Shown: positions 30,901 through 40,441 of the stretch, in pieces
How positions within the stretch are numbered: position 1 is the stretch's first letter
Layout of the letters: each line of letters starts with the position of its first letter
From: an uncultured Gammaproteobacteria bacterium
Lineage (GTDB): Bacteria > Patescibacteriota > Patescibacteriia > UBA9934 > GWF2-40-263
NCBI GenBank assembly: GCA_964499955.1
Contig: CAZCMI010000001.1
Location: forward strand, 39,485-103,484
Reading direction: 5' to 3'
Length of the DNA: 64,000 nucleotides
The notes under the pieces: model-generated
Databases searched by the model: none
Seen by the model: only the letters and a program-made list of their open reading frames with translations
Told to the model about the DNA's origin: nothing
Made by a program: the position numbers and the translations under genes

Positions 30901-31607
30901 CCACGGGCGCCCAGTCCGGGAACCGGATTTCCTTGAGCCTCATCGATGAGGACTTCGAGGCCCTGGGCGAATCGTCCGGGAACACGATCACGACGGTGAC
31001 CCCCGTGGCCGGCCGTGAACAGGTTCTGCGCAAGACCAAGCCCACCGTCTCGCTCGCGTCCGGTTCGCCGGCCGGGTTCCAGATCCCGGGCTTCAACGAA
31101 GTCTTGCTCTTCAACGTGACGGCGGACTCCCGCGGTTACGTGGATCTGAAGGAAGTGACCTTCCGCGTGACGTCTTCCAACAACGCGGAGGCCGGTACCT
31201 GGAACGAATGCGACGTGCTCGGTGACGCCGCCAAGTGGCAGATCTACAACAAGGCCGAGCCGTCCAACATCTTGGGCGACTGGGACTTCTACGATGTGGA
31301 CGGTGGCGAGTGCGATGGCGCGGCTCCGTTGGCCTACGCCAAGGTGACCTTCGCCGACGGTGCCTTCGGCACCGAAGAAATCGGTGCGGGTCAGACCAAG
31401 ACCTACGCTGTCCGCTTGGACACCACCGGTGCTTCCGCCGCCATGGACGACTCCATCCGCTTGGACATTCCGGCGGAAAACCAGCTGCCGGCTGGCGAAG
31501 TCGACCTGGACGGATCCCTCCTCTGGGGTGACGACAACACGGGTGTTGATGCCGACGGTGCGTACATCCGGAACCTCCCGGTTCTCGGTGGCACGATCGG
31601 CTACTAA
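27945..31607 (+). CDS. large exported S-layer-like surface protein (1220 aa) with N-terminal shared anchor domain
   Basis: Signal-like AATMLWSVG..APLTARAA; strongly biased codons typical of high expression; beta-rich G.LTV...SP repeats; ends PVLGGTIGY. Confidence 0.8.
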   Translation: MQSSLKTGKRALTSAVAAATMLWSVGFSSLVAPLTARAAAPGDLVRGTTLSTLYYYGQDGKRYAFPNEKTYFTWYADFSGVQTISDSELAAIPLGGNVSYRPGSRWIKIESDPKTYAVSPNGVLRWIETEEVATGLAGSDWNQFIDDVADVFFVDYTVGPSLTSAANAYNGALVRDTDGSYYVIQNNTKRLVTSDGFTANRLQTRNALDGSGINLSAINTGANLASREAAYSNPAQLPEQVQGGLTVSLASDSPASTTIAARAQGVVLAKFNLSSTNGATTVNSLTIKQGGLGSTNNVESVYLYEGNTRLTSGRTVNSASREVTFGTLNLALASGQTRTISVVADIADSETVNSGDTLFFEIESANKVVSGSTVGGNFPVRGASVSLSATEVGTLTLSKGGTITNPTLGQKQAVIGEFHLASSSEESVRLQRLRLTVDAASNHDNFNLFQNDVLVAVGTRSGSDTVDFIFTNQFEIAQGNNRIFQLKADIGGKSGDEIKVSVDESSDIYAIGTKYGFGVAVVDGSPAYRATGSSCANTGSSCSFSQIQGGKLTFAFNGPTASRFNLDQNGLVLMDLTVTSENEATIRHLAFSVTGADLIGEGTNRNYQNFRLVDKATGATVSGPVEMSGNDTEASVAFPDDWAMRAGESIDLQLLVDAKGGNAPYTVSNGETIRATFVAGSTQARDINNRDLNLGTDIVPNANLTGHLMTAQAASLTVAASQPPSSSTYVRGAQNVDMLGVSFQTGTASAVRVTAAAFGFGTDTEEEASSHITSCSIHDAASGALVDGPRSFSGAKVNFNGFNWTIPAGTTGKLIARCNFANLPADGDQWWLTLAKADITALDADGNTLTSITDAEVVNGGEDPAIYQTLNESGQLTVALDGSSPQANIILGASTGVTTSVFRFSTNNEPYIVKSLTLETCEAGYGCNEAVANAIRLSYTDKSGAARTATSSFSGGKVHFGDLDLYVPTTTHALATVSIDTNTVSSTGAQSGNRISLSLIDEDFEALGESSGNTITTVTPVAGREQVLRKTKPTVSLASGSPAGFQIPGFNEVLLFNVTADSRGYVDLKEVTFRVTSSNNAEAGTWNECDVLGDAAKWQIYNKAEPSNILGDWDFYDVDGGECDGAAPLAYAKVTFADGAFGTEEIGAGQTKTYAVRLDTTGASAAMDDSIRLDIPAENQLPAGEVDLDGSLLWGDDNTGVDADGAYIRNLPVLGGTIGY

Positions 31608-31665
31608 TCGCTTGGCGCAAGCCAATCGTTCGTAGCAACCGTTCGCTCACGTTCTCGTGAGAAAC

Positions 31666-31698
31666 GCAAGCCCCGCCCTGTAAAGGGTGGGGCTTTGT
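31666..31698 (+). terminator. intrinsic terminator
   Basis: AAGCCCCGCCC-tgtaaa-GGGTGGGGCTT followed by TGT. Confidence 0.75.
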
Positions 31699-31714
31699 GT
31701 TATGCTGAGGCGGT

Positions 31715-32416
31715 ATGAACCGTTCGACCTCCCGTTTTTCGCCGTTGATCGTCGTGCTCGCCCTGCTTGTCATTTTGGCAACGGCCGCCTATGCGTGGCG
31801 GCGCGCGCAGCCGTCCGTGCCCATTCTGCCGGTGCAGGAAGTCGTGGACCGCGGCATGACGGACGAAGACCGCGCCCGTTTTGAGGCCCGTTTGGCAGAC
31901 GCCGTGGCCCAGGCGGACGCCGCCGAAGAACGGGACGTCTTCCTGCTGTTGCAGGTGGGAAACGCGTATTACACCCTCGGGCGGTTGGGAGAAGCCGTCG
32001 CTGTGTACCAAGATATTCTCTCCATGAATCCCAACGACGCCCCAGCCTTGGAAAACATGGGCCAAACCCTGTTGGAAATGGGGAATTATCCGGCCGCGTT
32101 TGAGGCCTGGCAGCGCGCCGCCGCTGTTTCGCCCGATGAAACCACGTATATCCGCATGGCGGATTTGGTGCGGGACTACATGCCCGAATCCCGCGACGCC
32201 ATCCGGCTGTTGTTGGAAGCGGCCGTGGCGAACGTGGGCCAGACCTACGCCCTCATGGTCCGCCTGGGCGATTGGTACGCGGGGGAAGGGCAGTACGACC
32301 GCGCCGTCTCGCATTACGAAGTGGCTCTGCAGCTCCAGGACGACCCGCAGGCGCGCGCACGGATGGAAACGTACCGGCAGCGCATGTGGGAATCCGGAAC
32401 GGAAGCCGGGGAGTAG
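31715..32416 (+). CDS. membrane-anchored tetratricopeptide repeat protein
   Basis: N-terminal TM; GNAYYTLGRLGEAV..Y, ALENMG..L..MG.Y..A and LGDWY..EG.Y..A TPR units. Confidence 0.87.
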   Translation: MNRSTSRFSPLIVVLALLVILATAAYAWRRAQPSVPILPVQEVVDRGMTDEDRARFEARLADAVAQADAAEERDVFLLLQVGNAYYTLGRLGEAVAVYQDILSMNPNDAPALENMGQTLLEMGNYPAAFEAWQRAAAVSPDETTYIRMADLVRDYMPESRDAIRLLLEAAVANVGQTYALMVRLGDWYAGEGQYDRAVSHYEVALQLQDDPQARARMETYRQRMWESGTEAGE

Positions 32417-32444
32417 CGCGCAGGCATTCCAACTTATGGATAAC

Positions 32445-32477
32445 GCAAAACGGATCGGACTTGCCGGTCCGTTTTGT
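32445..32477. terminator. hairpin terminator followed by extended -10 TGATATACT
   Basis: GCAAAACGGATCGG-acttg-CCGGTCCGTTTTGT. Confidence 0.7.
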
Positions 32478-32551
32478 GATATACTGGCAACCGTACTAAA
32501 TCTTTTCGTCGTTTTGTTTCCGGCGGAGCGCTTCCGTCGTCCTTCCCCTGT

Positions 32552-35500
32552 ATGCATGTTTCCACCCGTTCCCCACGGGGCCGCAAGGTTCCCGTACGTG
32601 CCGCGTTCCTGGGTTTGGTTCTTGCGTTCGGCGCGCTCGTCGCCCCGCTCGCTCCTGCCCAGGCAGCTATCACGACACAAGAGGCCGTTTCATTGATTTC
32701 CGTCGATACCGGCATCGTGGAGAACAGCACGCCGGTGGCGGTGTTGGCGTTGAATCTTGCCGCATCCGCTGGGGAAACGCTTCGGGAGTTGACGCTTCAC
32801 GTCAATCATCCGAGTTGGTACGACGGCACCGTGGACGGCGGCCTGTTCGAATCACTCAACACGAGCGCGACATCCGGTTTGCATGTGTACGCGGACAACC
32901 AGTCCGTCGGTGTGAACGGGCGCTTCGACGCCGCCGATACCCTCGTTGCGGTGGACGGCATCATAGAAGATGGCTGGGGCGGATTCGGGTACGGGTATGG
33001 ATATGGGTACAGCACGGTCACCATCTCCTTTACGGCCGGCGTGCAAATTCCGCAGCACGACGGGCCCACGGCGGACCACCAATTCCGCGGGGCGGACTTT
33101 TTCGTGGTGATTCGCACCAACGACTTGTTTGACGGAGGGGATGCCATTCCGTTTACCGTTGAAATCCCCGCGTCAAACGCCATTGTGTATACGGGCGACG
33201 GTATCGACGGTGGAGACGCGGTACCGGGAAATATCAACCCTGTTGAAACGGGTGCCTTGTGGGGCGTTGATATCAGCCCGGGCGACACGTTCCAAACGGT
33301 TGAAACGGTCGACCGCGACGACAACGGTTTGCTTGATGCTATCCGTGTGACCTGGGGTGCCGGATTTGAGGAAGAATCCTGGGGATATGGTTATGGGTTC
33401 GGGTTGAACGACAATTTCTCGAGCATGACCGGTTCGGTGTCGGTCGTGGATGAAAGCGGCGAGGAAGACTACGCATACAACGTTTCCAGTATCAGGACCT
33501 GCTTGCCGGACGAAGACAACGCGTGCAGCCAGGGAAGCTATTACGACAACGTGTTCTACCTGTTGCTTGATGAGCGGGAGATTGCCACGCCAGACGTGTG
33601 GAATGCGCCGGATTCAGACCATCTTTGGTGGGGCGACACGGGCGTCACGCCGGTCGTAACGATGACGAATAATTCGACCCTGCGTGATGCGTCCATTGGG
33701 TTCCGCCAACCCGGCCCGCCGTATCCCGGCAACCCGGACATTACCTATGTTGCCAACCCGAACGATGAGGAAGAGCATGATTGGCGGGATGTCACCACCT
33801 ACAATCTTCCGGGCGGCGCGCTCGTGAGTTTGGATGGATTGGACGGAGAAGGAGCGGAAACGGACGATGACGCCCCGCCGGTGATGGTGCGGGCGGAAAC
33901 GGAAGACAACAACGGGAACGGCCACGTCGACACGCTCTTGGTCTACTTCAGCGAACCCGTGTATGTCACGGACGGGGAGAACTCGCCGAGCGGGTTCCCG
34001 GCCTTCATCAACGTGCAATCCGTCCCCGGCGGAACGCCGTACGTGATCCCGTCCGGCAACTACACGGCAACGGGCGTAGGGAATAGTGGCGTGTGGGAGG
34101 CGTCGTTCGATCTCACGGAGTCGGATGTGTTCGACACATCCGTCGTGCTTTCGTTCGAATACGACGACAGCCGCGTCAGCACCCACATTCGGGACGCCGC
34201 GGATCTCGATGTGCTTGAGCACACCATCCAGACCGTGGACCGCGCCGCGCCCGTCTTGGTGCACGCCACCACGCGCGACGGCAACGCGAACGGCTACCTG
34301 GACGGCGTCTACGTGGAATTTTCGGAGGAAATCTTCGTGGGGACCGTCGAAGGTGAGGACCTCTACGTTTATCACACCTACGAGCAGTTCTGCGTGGATG
34401 GGTACGAAGTGACCGGCATTACGGCCGCCTTCGGTGAAGGCATCGGGTTCGGGTACGGTTCGAAGCGGTATTTGCTGGACCTGGCGCCGGGCAACACGTG
34501 GGACACGGGCGTGACGCCGGATATCGATGTGGGCTGCGAGGAAGAAGCGTATGGCGTGTTCGACCTGCAGCATGAGGCAGATGTAACTGCGCACCTCGAT
34601 GATGAAGATTATGACGAACTGGAAGAGATCTTCGGGTTCTGGCGGAACGTGAACGACATGCAGTTTTTCGACGAAACCCTGGACCGCGCCAAGCCCATTC
34701 TGATGGAGGCGTCCACGTACGACATCGATGAAAACGGCTTCATCGACCGCCTGTGGTTGCGCTTCTCGGAACCCATTGGCGACGGCGACACGTGCGAAGC
34801 GGTTCCGGAGAATTTCTCCGTCGTGGACGGTGAATACACTTACGCGTCGGACGACGGCGATTGCGGTTGGGTGGACGATGAAGCGTGGGGATACGGCTAC
34901 GGCGATTATCTCCTGGAATTGGCGGAGCGGGATACGCCGGACACGGATGCCACGCCGTCCGTGACCATCGTGCTCGACGGGGAAGAGCTGGGCGTGTTCG
35001 ACCTGGTGGGCAATGAAAACGACGGCCAGTCCTTCGGCGCCGCCGAGGACCGCGCCGCCCCGCGCGTCTATCGCATCGATTATTTGGACGAAGTGGGAAC
35101 CGCGAACGGCCGCATCGATGCCATCGACCTGCATTTCTCGGAAACCGTCGTCGGCGGCTCGTCCGTCCTGCGGCGCCATCACGTGCGGTTGGCAGACGTC
35201 GGTGATTTTACCGGCGCCGTGGCGCATGGCAGCGACGCGGAGGACTTCTCCAACCTGTTCTCCGTCGGTTCGTATACGTCGCTGCAGGTGGATTTCAAGA
35301 CGGAAGCCACCGTGGTGGATACGCACGATGACAGCGGGGACTTCGAGGTCGCGTTCCGCTTCAACGTCGATGCGTTGGTGGGATATGGGTACGGCTACGG
35401 CTGGAACCTGCAGGACGGCGAAGGCAACGGCACGGGCGAGCGCTGTGACAGCTGGCCGTACGACTGCGGCCCGCTGTTCACGGAAGAAACGGAAGGCCAG

Positions 35501-38500
35501 GTAGAGGAAAACCTGGGCCACGCGGACGTGCAGGACCACGCCGCGCCGGTCGTCTTCTCGTCGGAAACCTTGGACGATGACGGCGACGGCTTCGTGGACA
35601 CCATGGTCGTGGTTTGGTCCGAAGTGTTGGATGAAACCGAAACCAACCTCAAGTTGGCGGGATCGTTCGACCTGGAAGACGAACAGTACCCCGACTTCAC
35701 CCTGGTGAGCGTCGTGCGGGCAGATGACAATGCCTACGTCATTGAAGAAGGGGAACCGGACGTGACGGATCCCCGCACGGTCACGACCTTCACCATCGAA
35801 GCGTCCGAAATCGACGCATCGAACGAATACGGCGACACGGACGCCGAGATCGAAATTTCCTTGAAGAGCGACCAAAACGTCAACGACCCGGACGACAACA
35901 CGCACACGAGCGGGACGTTCCCGGCGTTTACGTCCGCGGACCGCGCCTTGCCCACGTTGTGCACGTCCGACCGGGAAGGGACGAAGTGCGATGAAAACCG
36001 CCAGTTCTTGGACAACGACGAAAACGGCAACGTGGACCAGGTGGCCCTGATATTCTCCGAGCCCATCCGGGCCCTCGGCGACAGCGGCGGCGTGGTTGCC
36101 GGTTCGTTCGCCGTCTCCATGGACGACGACGGCCCGCTTTACACGGCGGTCACGGGTGTGTCGCATGGAGGCGGCACGCGGGACGTGACGCTGACCTTGG
36201 AAGAATTCGGCGACTTCTTGACGAACCCGTTGGAAGGCGACACGGGGAAAGAGTACGACGTGTCCTTCGGCTACGGGTACGGCAGCCCCGTCACCCCGTT
36301 GACCCTCTTCGAAGACATGGCCGGCAACGAGCAGGACGAAGAAGGCCTCCTGTTCGACCTGCAGGACTACGCCGCGCCCGCCATGGGCTACGGCTTCACC
36401 CGCGACGCCGACTGGAACGGCAAGATCGACGGCGTATGCGTGCCGTTCTCCGAACTGCTGGATCCGGACACGGTGTATTTCGAAGAAGATCCGGAATACG
36501 GTTTCGACTTCGAGGTGGACGGGTATGCGGTTGCCAGCGTGTCGGCACCGAACGTGGAAGGTGCCTGTCAGAGCGCGGTGCATTATCTGATCGACCTGAC
36601 GGAAGGCAGCACGCCTGATACGGACGCCACGCCGGACGTGTCCATTCAGGAAGATTACGAGTTCTTGGATGACGCCGGAAACGTGTTTGACGCGGATTCG
36701 TTCACGGCCGGTCCGTTGGCCGCCGCGGACGGCGCGGCCCCGGCCATCGTCTCCTTCACCTACCTGGACACGGACGTTCCGCGCGACGGCCGCATCGACA
36801 CGATGCGCGTGACGTTCTCGGAACCGGCGGTCGCGGCGTCCGTGCTGCGCGCGGCGGACCTCTCCTTCGACGACGTGGGCGACTTCACCGGCGCCGCGTT
36901 CGGCGGAAGCACCGCGGACCTCGTCGCGGAAACGGTTTCCTCCGTGGACGTGCCGCTCGGCACCGAAGCCACGGTGGTCGACACGCATGAGGATTCCGGC
37001 GACATCGCCGTCGACACGCTGTCCGGCTCCTTCGTCCTGCAGGACGCGGCCGGCAACACCACGACCCAGACGGCGGACGTCTTCGGCAGCGAGGTCGTGT
37101 TCGGCACGGTGAGCCACGCCACGTTCTTGGACGGCGCGGCCCCGGTCATCAAGTCCTTCACCTACCTGGACGAGGATGCCGACGGCAAGATCGACGCGTT
37201 CACCGTGGTCTTCTCGGAAGAAGTGACGGACGAATCCGTCCTGCGCCGCAACGACCTGGACTTCGCCTACGGCTACGGGTACGGCGACTTCGCCGGTGCC
37301 GCGTTCGGCGCCGGAGACAACGTGATTACCACGGCGTCGGCGACCGTGAAGGTGACGCTCGGCACGGAAGCCACGGCGGTGGACACGCACGACGACAGCG
37401 GCGACCTGTCCATCGAAACCCAGGGCGACTTCTCCCTGAAGGACGCGGCCGGCAATGAAAACGACGGCCATTACGTCCAAAACCAGGCCGATTACCTGGA
37501 CGGCGCGGCCCCGGCCATCTTCTCCTTCACCTACCGCGACGTGAACGTGGACGGCCGCATCGACGCCATCCGCGTGACGTTCACGGAAGAGGTCGTCGCC
37601 GGCTCGTCGCTGGCCGCCGCGGACCTCTCGCTCACCAACGTGGGCGCCTTCACCGGCGCGTCCTTCGGCTACGGATACGGCTACGGCTCCACGGCGAACC
37701 TGCTGGCGGACCTCGTCGATCCCGCCGCCAACGTCTCCGTGCCGCTCGGCACGCACGCGACGGTGGTCGACACGCACGATGATTCCGGCGACCTTGCCAT
37801 TTCGACCGTTTCCAACGGCGCCTTCCTCCTGAAGGACGCGGACGGGAACGAGACGGACGACGGACTCGTGTTCCGCGCCCAGACGCAAGCCGTCTTCGTG
37901 GACGGCGCGGCCCCGGTCATCAAAGCCTTCACCTACCTGGATGAAGACGGCGACGGCCGCATCGACGCCTTCGGCGTGGACTTCTCCGAAACGGTCGTCC
38001 AGCACGCCCAGTCCGTCCTGTGCCCGAACGACCTGCAACTGACCAGCGTCGGCGCCTTCACCGGCGCGGACTTCGGGGATTGCGACGGCAACACGATCAC
38101 GGAAGACACGGCGAACGTGGTCGTGGATCTCGGCACGCCCGCCACGGTCATCACCACCTACACGGCGCCGGATTCCCTCGCCATCTCCACGAAGGAAGCG
38201 TTCTCCCTGCGCGACGACGCCGGAAACGTGAACAGCACGCTCGGCGCCCAGGCGCAGGCGACGTTCGCGGACGGCGCCCGCCCGATCTTCGTCTCCGCCA
38301 CCACCAAGGACCTGAACAAGGACGGCACGGTGGACGCCGTGCACCTGGTCTTCTCGGAGTCGGTGGACGTTACGAACGGCGGGGAAGCGACGAACGTCCC
38401 GACCATGACCCTGTCCGCTTCCACGGGTACGGCGGCGTTCAACAACGTGGAAGACGCGTCCTTTGAGGGCGTTGCGGAACTTACCCTGGGTGTGACCGTC

Positions 38501-39739
38501 AGTTCGACGGCCAACACGGCCTTGATTCTCAGCCCGGTCTACGTCCTGGCTGGCGACGGCAGCATCAAAGACGCCGCCGACAACGAAATGCTCGATGAGA
38601 AAACCGTCACGGGCATCGACGGCGCCCGCCCGGTGATCGTGTTCCGCGATCCTACCTCGAACACCACGGGTACGACCTTGGACAAGTCGCTGGTCATCAC
38701 GTTCTCGGAACCGATGAACAAGACGGACGTGCAGAACGACTTCTCGCTGAACCCCGGCGCCGGCACGCTCTCCTTCAACTGGTCGGAGGAAGACCGGACG
38801 GTGACCATTTCCCACCAGCTGTTGTTCCAGCGCGGCACCAACTACCACATCGCGTTCAACGATGAACCGGCCTCGGCCGCGAACGGTTCCAACGGCGTGG
38901 TGGACGACACGTTGGAAGACATTACCTGGTCGTTCGTCTCCCTGCCGCAAGACCACCATCAGAACGTCAGCAGTGGCGGTGGCGGCGGCGGAGGAGGAGG
39001 AGGTTTCGTCGCGGCCGCGTCCTGCACCCTTGTTTCCCCGACGGGCGGCATGGCGGTGATGCAGGGCCAGACCCTGTCTGTCGCTTGGCAGTCCAGCGGC
39101 AGTGGCATCTCGAACGTGCAGATCGCCTACTCCACGGACGGCGGCGTGAGCTGGCAGCCGGTCGCCAGCAACGCGCCGAACACGGGCTCCCACGCCTGGA
39201 CGGTAAACGCGCCGGTGTCCGCGAACGTCCTCGTGCGCGTGGACTGCCGCGACGCCAACGGCGGCAACCTGGCCACGGCCACGTCGTCCCCGTTCTCGGT
39301 GACGGAGGGTCAAGCGGGCCTGATTACGCCCAACTCGCCGTTCTACGCGACGCCGGCCCACCCCGTTGGGTCGCTCGTCAAGGCCGTGGGCATGCCGGCC
39401 GTCTACTACGTGGACGCCGACGCCACCCGCCGGCCGTTCTGGAACGAGCAGATCTTCCTCACGTGGTTCGAGAACTTCGACACCGTGATCGAACTGCCGC
39501 TGGAAGAGATTTCGAAGTACAAGATGGGCAAGCCGATGCTGCCGCAGCCCGGCACGCTGCTCATCAAGATCCAGACGGACCCGAAGACGTACTGGATCGA
39601 CCCGGCCACGGGCATGGCCCGCTGGCTGACGTCGGAGGACGCCGCGCTGCGCGTGGTGGGACCTGATTGGAACACGCGGGTCATCGACATCGACCCGACC
39701 ATGTGGGCCTCCATCGCCTTCGGCCCGGACGTTGAGTAA
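32552..39739 (+). CDS. giant acidic repetitive surface protein (2395 aa): Ig-like/Ca-binding repeats, GYGYG motifs, poly-Gly linker and C-terminal shared anchor domain
   Basis: Signal ...APAQA; many D.AAP...T.D.D.(N/D)G.ID...V.FSE repeats; Big_5-like domain; C-terminal ..KIQTDPKTY domain. Confidence 0.88.
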   Translation: MHVSTRSPRGRKVPVRAAFLGLVLAFGALVAPLAPAQAAITTQEAVSLISVDTGIVENSTPVAVLALNLAASAGETLRELTLHVNHPSWYDGTVDGGLFESLNTSATSGLHVYADNQSVGVNGRFDAADTLVAVDGIIEDGWGGFGYGYGYGYSTVTISFTAGVQIPQHDGPTADHQFRGADFFVVIRTNDLFDGGDAIPFTVEIPASNAIVYTGDGIDGGDAVPGNINPVETGALWGVDISPGDTFQTVETVDRDDNGLLDAIRVTWGAGFEEESWGYGYGFGLNDNFSSMTGSVSVVDESGEEDYAYNVSSIRTCLPDEDNACSQGSYYDNVFYLLLDEREIATPDVWNAPDSDHLWWGDTGVTPVVTMTNNSTLRDASIGFRQPGPPYPGNPDITYVANPNDEEEHDWRDVTTYNLPGGALVSLDGLDGEGAETDDDAPPVMVRAETEDNNGNGHVDTLLVYFSEPVYVTDGENSPSGFPAFINVQSVPGGTPYVIPSGNYTATGVGNSGVWEASFDLTESDVFDTSVVLSFEYDDSRVSTHIRDAADLDVLEHTIQTVDRAAPVLVHATTRDGNANGYLDGVYVEFSEEIFVGTVEGEDLYVYHTYEQFCVDGYEVTGITAAFGEGIGFGYGSKRYLLDLAPGNTWDTGVTPDIDVGCEEEAYGVFDLQHEADVTAHLDDEDYDELEEIFGFWRNVNDMQFFDETLDRAKPILMEASTYDIDENGFIDRLWLRFSEPIGDGDTCEAVPENFSVVDGEYTYASDDGDCGWVDDEAWGYGYGDYLLELAERDTPDTDATPSVTIVLDGEELGVFDLVGNENDGQSFGAAEDRAAPRVYRIDYLDEVGTANGRIDAIDLHFSETVVGGSSVLRRHHVRLADVGDFTGAVAHGSDAEDFSNLFSVGSYTSLQVDFKTEATVVDTHDDSGDFEVAFRFNVDALVGYGYGYGWNLQDGEGNGTGERCDSWPYDCGPLFTEETEGQVEENLGHADVQDHAAPVVFSSETLDDDGDGFVDTMVVVWSEVLDETETNLKLAGSFDLEDEQYPDFTLVSVVRADDNAYVIEEGEPDVTDPRTVTTFTIEASEIDASNEYGDTDAEIEISLKSDQNVNDPDDNTHTSGTFPAFTSADRALPTLCTSDREGTKCDENRQFLDNDENGNVDQVALIFSEPIRALGDSGGVVAGSFAVSMDDDGPLYTAVTGVSHGGGTRDVTLTLEEFGDFLTNPLEGDTGKEYDVSFGYGYGSPVTPLTLFEDMAGNEQDEEGLLFDLQDYAAPAMGYGFTRDADWNGKIDGVCVPFSELLDPDTVYFEEDPEYGFDFEVDGYAVASVSAPNVEGACQSAVHYLIDLTEGSTPDTDATPDVSIQEDYEFLDDAGNVFDADSFTAGPLAAADGAAPAIVSFTYLDTDVPRDGRIDTMRVTFSEPAVAASVLRAADLSFDDVGDFTGAAFGGSTADLVAETVSSVDVPLGTEATVVDTHEDSGDIAVDTLSGSFVLQDAAGNTTTQTADVFGSEVVFGTVSHATFLDGAAPVIKSFTYLDEDADGKIDAFTVVFSEEVTDESVLRRNDLDFAYGYGYGDFAGAAFGAGDNVITTASATVKVTLGTEATAVDTHDDSGDLSIETQGDFSLKDAAGNENDGHYVQNQADYLDGAAPAIFSFTYRDVNVDGRIDAIRVTFTEEVVAGSSLAAADLSLTNVGAFTGASFGYGYGYGSTANLLADLVDPAANVSVPLGTHATVVDTHDDSGDLAISTVSNGAFLLKDADGNETDDGLVFRAQTQAVFVDGAAPVIKAFTYLDEDGDGRIDAFGVDFSETVVQHAQSVLCPNDLQLTSVGAFTGADFGDCDGNTITEDTANVVVDLGTPATVITTYTAPDSLAISTKEAFSLRDDAGNVNSTLGAQAQATFADGARPIFVSATTKDLNKDGTVDAVHLVFSESVDVTNGGEATNVPTMTLSASTGTAAFNNVEDASFEGVAELTLGVTVSSTANTALILSPVYVLAGDGSIKDAADNEMLDEKTVTGIDGARPVIVFRDPTSNTTGTTLDKSLVITFSEPMNKTDVQNDFSLNPGAGTLSFNWSEEDRTVTISHQLLFQRGTNYHIAFNDEPASAANGSNGVVDDTLEDITWSFVSLPQDHHQNVSSGGGGGGGGGGFVAAASCTLVSPTGGMAVMQGQTLSVAWQSSGSGISNVQIAYSTDGGVSWQPVASNAPNTGSHAWTVNAPVSANVLVRVDCRDANGGNLATATSSPFSVTEGQAGLITPNSPFYATPAHPVGSLVKAVGMPAVYYVDADATRRPFWNEQIFLTWFENFDTVIELPLEEISKYKMGKPMLPQPGTLLIKIQTDPKTYWIDPATGMARWLTSEDAALRVVGPDWNTRVIDIDPTMWASIAFGPDVE

Positions 39740-39766
39740 CGGACGAGCCGCAAAAGACGGACGCGC

Positions 39767-39802
39767 GGAACCCCCTGCCTCCCCCGGCGGGGGTTTCGTT
39801 TT
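39767..39802 (+). terminator. intrinsic terminator
   Basis: GGAACCCCCTGCC...GGCGGGGGTTTC followed by a T tract. Confidence 0.65.
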
Positions 39803-39831
39803 CCCCGCGGTCGTGGCACGATATGGGGCAT

Positions 39832-40368
39832 ATGCGCATGCCCCTTCTCGTTTTTACCGCCGTGTTGTCGCTTGTATTCGCCGGGTTTGGCTGCCGGCGC
39901 GCGCCGGAGCCGTTGCCGCCCGTTACCGAACCGGTGGTGCGGGACGGCGCGTTGCAGGCGCCGGTTTTCACCGTGGCGTTGCCGCGCGGCGTGGAAGGAT
40001 GGATCGAAGAGCGAGGGCAGGAGGAAGGGGACGGCGGCATCACCGTCGCCCGGCTGCAGAATTTCCCCCGTCAGGACGGCATGGAACGGGGGCGGTGGTT
40101 CGCCATCGTGCGTGTGGGCGGCCAGACGGAGCAAGCCGCGTTCCGTGCCGCCTACGCCACGGCGCGCGCGGGCATGTTGGGCGGTTCCTCGGCCGTGGTG
40201 GGGGAGGGCGTCCTGCCCGATGACGAAGCCGCCGCGGGCGCGGGCGCCGCGCGGGGATACCTCGTTTCCCGTGCCGACGGCGCGGTGACGGACGTCCGTA
40301 TGTACGCCTTCAACGACGCCGCCTTGGCGGAAGCCGACGCCGTGGTGCAGAGCATTGTGTGGCGCTAA
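39832..40368 (+). CDS. putative lipoprotein-like exported protein (GFGC motif)
   Basis: Hydrophobic leader ending AGFGC; start 39823 or 39832. Confidence 0.7.
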   Translation: MRMPLLVFTAVLSLVFAGFGCRRAPEPLPPVTEPVVRDGALQAPVFTVALPRGVEGWIEERGQEEGDGGITVARLQNFPRQDGMERGRWFAIVRVGGQTEQAAFRAAYATARAGMLGGSSAVVGEGVLPDDEAAAGAGAARGYLVSRADGAVTDVRMYAFNDAALAEADAVVQSIVWR

Positions 40369-40441
40369 GGCGCAGGGCCGGTTCGTTGCCCGCCGGTCCT
40401 GTTTCGTGATAGAAAAGCGTATCGAATGGCCTGCGTTTCCT

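Noticed and set aside
36700-38300. Possible CRISPR or DNA repeat array
   Set aside because: The repeats are ~390-nt in-frame protein domain repeats with synonymous variation; there is no repeat-spacer pattern and no cas gene
27909-39361. Very long antisense ORFs (e.g. 27909-31625, 33614-39361; also 17736-20453, 2592-5108, 60063-63356)
   Set aside because: Shadow frames of GC3-rich sense genes; no recognisable motifs or start signals
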